A stretch of DNA of 50,502 nt. It comes from Paramoeba atlantica (taxonomy: Eukaryota; Protista; Discosea). Below the pieces are notes generated by a model, which ran no database searches, was not told the DNA's origin, and saw only the letters and a program-made list of their open reading frames with translations. Below are positions 24,388 to 34,247 of the stretch, piece by piece. Positions within the stretch are counted from its first letter, which is position 1. Every line of letters begins with the position of its first letter. The position numbers were made by a program, and so were the translations under genes. The stretch covers positions 1 to 50,502 of the forward strand of contig CDRNVI010000061.1 of the NCBI GenBank assembly GCA_977017575.1, read 5' to 3'.

Positions 24388-24470
24388 AATGGAATAAAAA
24401 ATGGTGACTTGATGCATGATGTGGATCTGCAGCTCCGATTCCTAAAATTTAATTCGGTCAAAGTCAAGCA

Positions 24471-25650
24471 TTATTTGCATCGCGCTTCTACTCCACTACC
24501 AAGTGTGCCGTTGCCCCGCATGCGCACTTCTTTTTTCAACATTCCGTTCATGCGCTCAGCAGTATGAGTGTGCACCCCGGTGACAGGATCAACCCAGCGA
24601 CGGCGATGGTTTACTGTTCCATGGTTGAGTCTGTTGTCCAAGGCATTGCTTCCTCTCCATCCATCCGTGTGAACAATGGTACGTTCGCTTGCGGCCAGTT
24701 CAAACACAGGGTCATTAGTCGAGGAACTACGGCGGTCTTCCAGCGTGCTTACAAATATCTGCTCAGCTTTCCGAGAACGAGAGGTCTGTGTCAGGAAGTT
24801 TGCCCAGGCGGAGGTGGCGGAGTGGCAAGAATTCAAAGTTTGAAGCACATGGTGCTCAGACGGCGAGTTCAAACCCGCTCATCGCAATATTCCCGGCGGC
24901 CTCACTCTAAGAGGCTGGGCTGATAACCGACTAGGCCCAGTACTCGGAGGACCGTCCCGGACCCTCCCCTCAGGGAACCAGCTCCCTTACCCGGCTTACA
25001 CCTCTTGGGTAAGCCGTGTTGACGTACAGTTCGTCGACGCAGCGTGTTGGCAACAGCACGTTGGTGCCGCCTTGGACAAGCGGAAACTGGTAGAGGACGT
25101 CGGCCTCGGAACTTCCAAATCTGTCTGTGAAGGGACTGGCTTGCCAGTGACCATCCGGAGCAATCCGGAATGATTTGGATTTTTTTTGGGTTTTGGATTG
25201 CCCAGGCTGATCCCCCCTGTCGAATGCGGGCTGGTCGGTTATTACCCCCCCTTTTTGGCTTAGAAAAGCAAGTTTCGTGCTTCTGCATGATAGTAACAGT
25301 GCCTCGTGCAGCCGAAGTTCGCATTTCATGAACGGAAGCAACAATACGTTCCAACTTTTTTGTCAATTCTGTGACAGTTTGACTACTAAAGTGTTTCCAG
25401 AGTCAATTGATCACGACAATTGCCGTTCGCCATACCATATAGAACATGAAGAATTGGGCTTGGTGTTCGGCTAACGAAGGAACTTAAGAGTGGCTCCATG
25501 TGGTATGTACGACTCCGACACAAACGATCGGGGCAGACCCAGTGATCGCCTTTCCGCACGCAAATGAGAGTTTCATGCCGCTTGCTAAAGATGACGCTCT
25601 GGAAAACAAATTTGTGGCCTTTCAACCACTAGACAATATCATATAGCTAA
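24471..25650 (-). pseudogene. Merlin (IS1595/IS1016-like) DDE transposase, degenerate, interrupted by SINE-2
   Basis: N-terminal W-V-C-x4-C-R segment, IMQKHETCFSKPK (DE-like, with D changed to H), TIVHTDGWRG and HGTVNH..WVDPVTGVHTHTAE. Excising the SINE restores the frame GGSAWANFLTQ. No TIRs found; ends approximate. Confidence 0.85.
24810..25197 (+). mobile_element. SINE-2, 388 bp, 10-bp TSD
   Basis: TTGCCCAGGC at 24800-24809 and 25198-25207. A box 24815-24825, B box 24865-24875, and a TTTGGA-like degenerate tail. Confidence 0.9.
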
Positions 25651-25869
25651 TACTGTCTGTACATTGGAAATTGTGGTAAAACGGGCAATCCATCGAGAAT
25701 AGTGCAGAAATATGCGAAAAATATCCTAAAAAACATTTTGTAAGTAAAATATGGTCAAATGAGAACATCAACAAAAAAAAAATTGTGAAATAATGTTTGA
25801 CTTTCACCTTTAATTCTTATAACATACACTTGTGCAAAGTAAGGGCACACATTGGAAATAAATGGAATA

Positions 25870-26178
25870 TTTTCTTTTTTAGGCTCTTCGTTAAACGTAG
25901 TGGTTGTTTTCAACTTAGAAGTCACTCATGCTGCGCGCTTCGCGTTGAAAACTACCACCGCGTTTAACGAAGAGCCTAAAAAAGAAAAATTGGCAAAAGG
26001 TCCTTAAATGCCTTACTCAAAAGGAAATCCCTTGGAAATGATCTAGCGCGAGACATTCCTGCATTCAAGCGCGAAGCTGAGGCATGGAGTGTGCTTCGAG
26101 GTAAGGTTGCGAGAACTGGACGTAATAGGAAACCGTCCATGTAAGGAAAGAATTGATGGAATTGCATCTTTCTAAACT
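25870..26178 (-). mobile_element. Element T copy (hairpin H at 25870-25988 plus body)
   Basis: Reverse complement of array segment ~79-388. The flank beyond H differs from the array copies. Confidence 0.65.
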
Positions 26179-26180
26179 TG

Positions 26181-26391
26181 GAATACCTTGAGGTATTCAC
26201 TTTCAAGGTGAAAGTGTTAAGTTTTTCAACCGACTTTAAGTCGGTCTTATTGAGGGAGATACTACTCCCTCGATACCGTAGGTTAATTGAGGGAAATACT
26301 ACTACCTCGCTACCGTAGGTTGATTCGTCGTGCCCGATTTGTGGCCCGATTTGTGGCCCGATTTCGTGCCCGATATCGTGCCCGATATCGT
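26181..26391. repeat. Cluster of short hairpins, a 37-bp-period direct repeat and a 12-bp tandem repeat
   Basis: Hairpins at 26181-26198, 26198-26216, 26229-26245 and 26252-26271. Direct repeat 26250-26284 / 26287-26321. About five (G/T)GCCCGAT-containing 12-mers at 26328-26391. Confidence 0.85.
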
Positions 26392-26943
26392 TTCAGGTGA
26401 GGTTTCGAAAAAAATGTATACAAAGACGTGTGAATCGAATTGTATGACAAGATCACTAGTTTTTCAACAATTCCGATGGGTACCCCCTGCCCCCCCCACC
26501 AAGGTGATCATAGCAATTTTTGAATTTTTCAAAAAAAACTGAAAATTTATCGGTGAAAGTGAAAAAATATGTTTTACCCAAATCAACTCCTAGACCGTTT
26601 TTTAAGAGTTTGGTGCTTGATATCCCAACCAACACTGAGATGTTATCTCAGTTAAAGGATTCAAAAATTTCTCCTAAAAATTTCCACCTTCAAAATATCA
26701 ACACAGAACACACTTACAGAAAATTTAAAAAAAAAACAGACTTTCAATTTCAAGCCTCCTAATCAATCGATCTCTATGAACCATTAGTACTTAGCTTTTG
26801 AACACTATAAGACAACTCACCGTTGCAATCACGTCAGCGAACGTAATTCTTTAATTCACCAAATCTGATGGCAATTAACTTAAATATAACAGAAGCATAG
26901 GCTCCAATAGCATCTCTCAAATCGGAAAGTTAATGTCGTAAGG

Positions 26944-29900
26944 CTAATTCTCCCGCTTATTTCCATGCTTTTTTACATCAATTATACTCTTGTCTTTCCC
27001 TTTAGCTGTAAAACAAGGTTTTTTCTTTGATGTCCTTTTCACTCGCTTTTGTGACTCCTTTTCGTTTTCTGGTTCACTCTTTGTCTGGGATGATGATAAG
27101 TCCAAACTTGTATCTTTTAGACGCTTCATTTGCGGTTTATTTCGTTTCACCTAAATGCTTACGTTCGAATTGGTTATCTGTGGGGGGCTGGAAATTAAGT
27201 TGATACCCTTTGTCTTCTTATGTAAAGAAGCTTTGCGTATGGGAGATTTCGTCCTCTTTTCATTTATTCGAATGCTCCGTTTGGGCTGTTTCGTTGAACG
27301 TGAATCGTGTGAGTTTTCCGACAAAGGGGGCCCCGTAGATACAGGTACTGTTCTTTGGTTTGTGCCTTTTCTAGTTCTCTGAGTTTTAAGACATATTGAG
27401 GTATTATTTTGCTCTGATTTCCTCTTTGCATTGCCGTGCAATATATCCCCGTAGTATTTTATAGCTAGTTCATTTCCTTCCAGCTTGCACGCCTTTTTGG
27501 CTAAATTTTCTTTTTTAGGCTCTTCGTTAAACGCGGTGGTTGCTTTCAACTTAGAAGTCACTCATGCTGCGCGCTTCGCGTTGAAAACTACCGCCGCGTT
27601 TAACGAAGAGCCTAAAAAAGAAAATTTAGCCTGGAAAACGGAAAGATTATAGCCAAAAATAGCCGAATTTCGGGTAAAAATGGGGTCATTTTCGCATATT
27701 TTTGCTCTCAGAGCACTAAATCCGACATTTGCGCGTGGGAAATCACTCGCAGGCATGAATGAAAGCCTACCGAACGTATTGGGTAGAGAATACGACTCCA
27801 ACCATACCATTCTTTCGACACAAAAATGCCCCTTTAGGTCCGAAAAATACTTTTTCACCATTTTTAGTCAAAAGTGGGTCATTTTGGGGTGCGCACCACA
27901 GTTCGAAGAAGTGATACCTTGCGAAAACAACTGCGTAGAAAGCTAGTGTAGGTCCTAAACTATCAAAATACAATAGGGGAAACCATTTTGGAAAAATATT
28001 TTTTTTGTCATTTTTTTCGCCAAGTTGAATTTTTTTTCAAAAATTTTTTTCCGAAAAAATCCGAACTTGGCGGACCCGTCCTGCGGATACGCGGGGGGGT
28101 CACACCCGGGTAGGGGGGTGGAAAATGCGCGCCAAGACCCCGGCTACCCTTTCTGCGGTTTTTTTTCGAAAACTAATTTTTTCGAAAAAAATTGCTCGAC
28201 CATGCCCCCCCCCCTGGACCTCCCCCCTGGACCCCCCCCATGGACCCCCCATTTTTTTCAAAAATTTTTTTCAGTTTTGGACCACCGGAGCCCCCTTTTA
28301 TATTTTTTTAATTTGTTTTTCAGTTTTGGACCACCGGAGCCCCCTTTTATATTTTTTTCTTCTATTATATTACTGTGTTCCCCTTTATATTTTCACTGTT
28401 TTTGTTCACGTTTTTTTCAATAATCGAGTGTAGAGCGGTAGTTTTACAACCACCGCAATAATCTGCGGTATCGTTGTACATATTTTCATTGTGTGGTTTG
28501 ACCTTGATACAGTAGAATTTTTTAGTATGTTTTGTACTGTAGTAAGCGTTTTGAAGGGATCGCATTGCTTCGCACCCTTTGAATGAGTGGAACCCAATGA
28601 GCCGATACCGATGCACAGTTTCGTGGAAGAAATCCCATATGTACTCTGAATGAGTGTGAAGTATTACATCTCCCTCTTAGTTGCTAGCCAGAGAAATTGT
28701 CTAGACAACAGCATATGCCTCTATAGATTGTATGGAATCACAGAATTTTTCCGGAGGTCTTGTCCCGTAGAATAATGTACGTACGTTGTTTCGTATTATT
28801 ACTATGCCGCACCCTTGGAGTTGTTTCTTTGTACCCGGAATGAGCGACCCATCCGTATATACAAGTAAGTGTGTTTCCGAGTCGCTTATGGGAAAAGTGC
28901 TACTTTCTTCCACGTACTGTAGAGTTTGATAGTCCTTGTTTTCCAATATCTTTTTAATACTTTTTTCCCAAGCAGGAGAACAAGACTTTGTGTAAGAAGG
29001 TTGTGGTTCCAGCTCCACCTGTAGTTTTTCCAGTTTCTTCCGCCATGTGGGGCGATCTTGTCCAAGTTGTAGGATTTCAGTAACATCAGAGTGTAGTTCG
29101 TGGGCACACCGTTCGGACAATGTTGGTTTAGAGGCCTCATCATTTGTTCTCCATAGTACTGCTGTAGTAAACGGTGTAGGATGGCGCACAAGATGCCCTA
29201 TTAAGGAATCTCTCTGTGTCTTAATTACTGTTTACGGTTTTAAGTCAGTAGGATAAAGCGATTCCGTTCTGAGACGAGAGTCACAAGCATTTTTTACGCC
29301 AAATACAATTCTGCGCATTCTATTTACTTGAACTTGAATATCGTGAAGTTCTGCCTGATTGACATTCCATGTGCCAGGGTTGTAGTACACGACGGATTGA
29401 ACGAGTGTTTTGAAAATTTGAAATTTGCAATGAGAGGAGATAGAGGACTTCCATATGGCGCGAAGCTTGTGCATTACACCCCATCCTAGTCGCAGTCTTT
29501 CCTTGGGGGACGTACAGGTATCCTCGGTGTTCTGTGTGCTGCCAAGATATCTGTACTTTTTTACTCTAGGAATTTCCCCTAATCCGTCTATTTCTAGGGC
29601 GGTATTATCATCCTTTACCTTTCCAAGTGTCATCCAAGCCGTTTTCTGTGCACCAACATTGATTTTAAGGTTTGCCTTTTCTGCTGAAGCACATAAATTC
29701 GTAAGCATGATTTTTAATTCAGGTTTCGTTGAAGCAAACAATACAATATCATCAGCGTAATCAATGTCAGAAATTCTCAGTTCTTTGAGTCCTCGACTTT
29801 TTGTCCCGGATGTGTGCGTTACCAGCCCGAGCTTGTTCATGTCAATAGCCTCTACCAAAATTCGGTCCAGAACCATAGCAAATAAGTAAGGAGCTAGAAC

Positions 29901-31540
29901 ATCTCCTTGAAGAGTGCCGCTTACAATAGGAAAATCTTCCGTTGTTCCGTAAGGGGTCCGTACATGAGATCGAAGATTTTTGTAAATTGACATCACAGCT
30001 GCACTCAGCTTTGGAGGTATATCAAAAGCTCGGAGTTTTATGGAGTCGAACGATATTGATGGAAAGACTTGCTTGAAGTCTACGAAACATGCGTACGCGC
30101 CTGTTCCTTTGTGCGATTTGCTTGCAATCTCCATAAATGTTGCCTGCGCGCCTGCTGTAGATCGATTCGGGAGGAAACCAAATTGGTTCCCACGGAGAGA
30201 CTTCTCTACTGCCGGTTGGATGCGGTTTAGGATCATTCTGTTCAACACTTTAACCACATGGTTAACAAGGCATACTGGTCTCCAATTTCCCAGTGATTGC
30301 AAGTTTCCCTTTTTTGGCAGCGGTACCTGTAATATGGACTTCCAAGATTGTTCCGCGTTCCCAGTTTCATGAACATCGTTCATTATATAAAGCAAAACAG
30401 TTCTCAACTCGCTGTCATCTGAAATTGCTCTGAGCGCCTTGATAGGTATGCTATCAGCCCCAGGAGCTTTTCCCGATTTGACCATTTGAAGAGCTGAAGA
30501 CAATTCTTCTCGGCGAAATTTTCCGTCGTCAATCTGTTCTAATCGTTTCGGTGCCGTTGGAAATCGAATGGTGCCTTTTTCAGCCACTGTCTCGTGTCCG
30601 ACTTTCGAAAAATGATTTCTAACTGCTTCGAGACTTTCTTTGGCAGTTCTCCCAAATATTGCAAATTCACTTCTATTATCCCCAACAATATTTCGTATGG
30701 TTCTATACGCTGATTTAGGCGCCGATTTTAGTTCCTTTTCCAAAATTTCACACTCAGTTAAAATAGATGTCTCAATTCGATCAGAAAATATCTTAGTCGC
30801 ATGTTTAAATTCACTTTTGCTGGCAACTACTTTCATAACATTCTAAGTTCAACACATCTGGGTCAATTTCCCGAATAGCCGCATTGTCCGCATTTTTTGG
30901 AAGCCTTTTTGGAAGAGTATTTGAGGTGGAATGGATTGCTTCGGCTAGTTTTTCCCAACTTACTTTGATGTTTTCGACTTCAAGATGAGGAGTAGTTGCA
31001 GTTTCAGTTTCGTTTGTTGAACGTATTCTTTTCGGAGCATGTTTCAGGGCTTTCTTAACTCCGGTTGCAAAATTGCTCTTAATGTCATCATTAAGCCGAC
31101 CAGAACGGTCTAAACTACAGCCGAAGGGACCAAACTACAGCCGACCAGAAGGGCGGCTGTAGTTTCTTTTCTTGTTCTTTCCAACGAAAATTAAAGTTTG
31201 AAGATAGTACGCAGTGTCTGGTTGGAATAGGGGGGATGCAAACCTTTTGTTTACGTATCGACGAGAAAAATCGACGATTTACGATTATATGATCTAGTTG
31301 TTTCGTCAAACCTTCTGGATATTTTTTGGACTTTGGAAAGCGATATGTCCACTTGCGCCGCGCACAGCATCCTTCATGTGCAGACTGGGCTCCCATTGAA
31401 TGCAACAAACTGCGTAGCGCCTTAGTCCGCTTAGTGCGGCATTTCCAGCCTCGTGCATTTAAATCTCCGCAAATGATTTTCACAGGGCTTTTATCATCAT
31501 ACCAGACATCGAACAAATTTTGATCAAAGGTACCTTTGAT
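26944..31540 (-). pseudogene. LINE-B: APE (5'-truncated), RT, RNase H and basic C-terminal tail; degenerate, split by element S
   Basis: APE: CGDLNA, QLDHIIV, TRH (31115-31516). RT ORF 29232-30836: PKKG, NWRPV, GTLQGDVLAPYLF, DIDYADD, YLGS. Then DRPTW, VYTDGS, KVKPHNEN and the reconstructed NDTADYLAKKA; tail ORFs 26944-27505. Confidence 0.93.
27507..28456 (-). mobile_element. Element S, full length (950 bp), inserted in the LINE-B RNase H domain
   Basis: AAT lies on both sides (27504-27506 and 28457-28459). Collapsing the insertion gives gca gat tat tta gcc (ADYLA), the RNase H C-terminal motif. Confidence 0.88.
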
Positions 31541-32448
31541 AGAAGTGTTAGCTGTTGCAGAAACATTGTGCCAAAAAGAATTCGGTCGGAGGATCAGAAG
31601 TCCGAAAACGCGCCAAAAATGGAAATAGATAAGGCCAGCGAAATATCTTGGACAAGACCCTCTTCTGCTGTTAGAGTGACCGCATCTAGTCTGCCTAAGA
31701 AAACTAGTAACGCAAAAGAGGTAAAGGGGGTAAGTTTGGTAAAGGGGGTAAACAAGGGGTGCTACGAAACCCTACAATACATTGAAGAAGGGCGGCAACC
31801 ATTTCCAATCGGGCCAAATGAAACACACATTTATACAGATGGAGCACGAATCGTTAAAAAGGATGAAACTCACACAGGTTGTGGGGTAGTCTGCCCCGCC
31901 GCGGGCCCTCTATATCTCTTGGGTTAAAACCTCCTCATGAATTCTCTCAATCTATTCAGGAAATAGAATCCTTTGCCGCGCACGAGGCTCTTCTCATCGC
32001 ATTGTCCTACGACGGAGATGTCATTTTGCACACGGATTTTGAGTATGTTTGGGATTTCTTTCATGGAGCTATCCATAGGTTCAGATTCATAGGATTTAAA
32101 TCATTTGAGGGAGGCGCTATACTTCAGAAATTGCAAGAAACATATATTTCGCTAAGATGGACAAAGCGCTTCTACTGCGTAAAAGTTAAAGCGCATAACG
32201 AAAATCCACATAATTATATGGCAGACTGGGTGGCTAGTAAAATAAGCAAGGGAGAAAATGCTTTGAGATTCTACGGCGAGATTCCTCATGCAGAAGACAA
32301 GCGCAAAAACCATACCAATGGTGATTCTAATGGCAGCAAAATGCAGCGCAAACTTAAATCGGTAACCTCTAGCCAAATATGCACAACAACAACAACAACA
32401 ACAACTACAAAGACACTGATATTTGAATATCAGTTAAAGGGTCTGTAA
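31523..32448 (+). pseudogene. LINE-C, unit 1 (linker joined to RNase H; RT deleted)
   Basis: Lacks the segment equal to 37051-39008 of unit 2. Retains IYTDGA, HTD(F)EYVWDFFH and KAHNENPHNYMADW. Confidence 0.88.
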
Positions 32449-32762
32449 TTTACACCATAAAATAGAACCCACCTACGTACAAGCTCACTTGGCTTTTACG
32501 CGTAGAAGCATCTTCTACGACCATGACTTCCTCATTACTTTCTTTGGTAAATAACCCGTTAGGTGCGAATGCGGCTTCCGGCGCTTTGCTTTCATAACCA
32601 TTTGACTTCCTTATCTGTTGGCTCTATATTCCTGTTTTTGCCTAGGGCAAAGAGCGAAACAGCTTAATAAATCCAAATCTTATTGACAAAATCAATATCC
32701 TATCTCTCTTCTTCATAAAACGTATATTAATACTAATGGCATAGTGTATTTAACGACTTCCA

Positions 32763-33585
32763 TTAGCATGGTTTTGCTTTCCTCATTTGCTCAATGAGAT
32801 CTCCTTGTAAATTTTTGCATCTTGCTTTCATCCTCTCTAAGCGAGCGTTTCCTCTGAGGGGTTCTTCCCGTAAGTACTCATATGCAAACTGGGATCTCAT
32901 TCTTGACGCATGTGTCTTCTGCACTCTTGCGCAGTTTTGTACCAACTTTTTCATTGGTTTTGGTCGATTTTCCTTTCGAACGGATGCGTTTCAATGTTTT
33001 TGATGAAGGGGTTCTACTAACAACTTCATTTTGAGAAAGAGCCTCAGATTTGGGGGGATGGGGTGTTTCCTCTTCAGCCCTCACCTGTGTAAACGCAAAA
33101 ACTGGCAAAGTCCGTTTTTGTAACGATTTGATCTTTTTGTCTGTGTTCAGTGGGGTCATGTTTCGTCTTTTGGAGCAGGATTTTTCTTCCAAACCACGGA
33201 AACAAAAGGAGGCGTTTTCGTCAGACTGTTGAGAAGCTCTTTTCGCAAGCCAGTCCGATGTGTCATTATGTGGGTTCCCTTCATGCCCCCTAACCTTGAT
33301 GATGAACACGCGTCGGTCAGCTTCTAATTGAAAGCAGACACGATGTATCTTTGATAAGAGGTCCGAATTTTCAAATTGGTGAAACCCGAATAGAGAAAAC
33401 CTGTTCCGAATCACATGGAAAAATTCCCATACATACGCAGAGTCTGTGTGAATGATAATATCCTCCTCATGCTTCATTGACATCTGCAGAGACTCATAGA
33501 CAGCACAAAGTTCCGCAGCTGTTATTGCGAGTGATAATTCTGAGCCAAATATGCACCCATGGTGAGCACGTAAAAATATTGCCAA
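32763..33585 (-). pseudogene. LINE-D 3' fragment: RNase H lacking its first motif, plus basic tail (unit 1)
   Basis: TAAEL, HTDSAYVWEFFH, ENSDLL and KVRGHEGNPHNDTSDWLAKRA; no upstream YTDG motif. Confidence 0.85.
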
Positions 33586-34247
33586 AAAGTAGGACAGTTA
33601 GCAAAGGCGTTTGCTAACGTACAGAGATAGAAACGGAAACGAAACGCACAAGATCACAAGAACGCGTACAGTCCAACAACACAAAAAGGCTAAAAGACAT
33701 TGAGTCAAAGCAACAGTTGCCTCATGTAGCACGTATTGTTATGAGTGATCGGGTTAAATTTAGAGCTCCGCAAAGAAAGAGGAGTAATCAGTTATACCAG
33801 GAGAATGATGAGCCAAGCCATGAAAGTCTGGACACAAAGGGGTCACGTCAAAAAACACTCAGTAAAAGAGAGAACTGCGTCAAAAAGACAGAAAAGCGTC
33901 AGGGGAAAGACGATAGATCGCGCACTAAGAACGTATTACGAACACCAAAGAAATGATACCCCCCTCATACCCCCCTTGATCGCATTTTCTGAACAGGTGA
34001 GGGATAGTGTGATAAGGTGATATGCTGTTGTTTCTCGTGAAAATATTTTTTATTAGGTAAACCGTTTGTGCTGAAAATGAAAAGTCGATTTCATATCACA
34101 ATTCTTTGACTAAGTACTGGAACGTCATTCACCTCGAATGATTAGGATACATGGAAGTTGTTGCAAGATGTTTTTGAAAAGCTTCTGGTGAATATGTTAG
34201 TTTTGTGGACACCGCCAAAGTGTTTTATGGGTAGGAGAAATTTGTGA

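Larger units (their letters stand above)
22189..24470 (+). pseudogene. LINE-E RT (C-terminal half), thumb and RNase H, interrupted by SINE-2 and SINE-1
   Basis: GILQGDVLAPYLF, DIDYADD, GHMIRH, DREHW, IYTDGS, RAEL and HTDSNYVWEFFH. Removing the two SINEs restores MKLRLYNALVYPVLNFG and GYNGIKNGDLMHDV...VKVK. The right end is approximate. Confidence 0.92.

Noticed and set aside
24888-24935. HDV-like or hammerhead ribozyme behind the SINE heads
   Set aside because: A P1/P3-like pairing can be drawn for SINE-2, but there is no room for P2 and no P1.1 or catalytic J4/2. CTGATAA/CTGAGAA does not fit the CUGANGA hammerhead core, and SINE-1 does not fold the same way.
24970-25180. RCVDELYVNTAYPRG reading as a Merlin/IS1595 first catalytic motif (also 36228-36503 and 43403-43678)
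   Set aside because: It lies inside SINE-2, which is bounded by TSDs. The real Merlin frame is restored when the SINE is removed, and its DE-like motif is at ~25280.
33717-34020. K/R-rich short ORFs upstream of the recombinase as a gag-like or accessory gene
   Set aside because: Under 100 aa, non-ATG starts and no motif; they reflect an A-rich strand bias.
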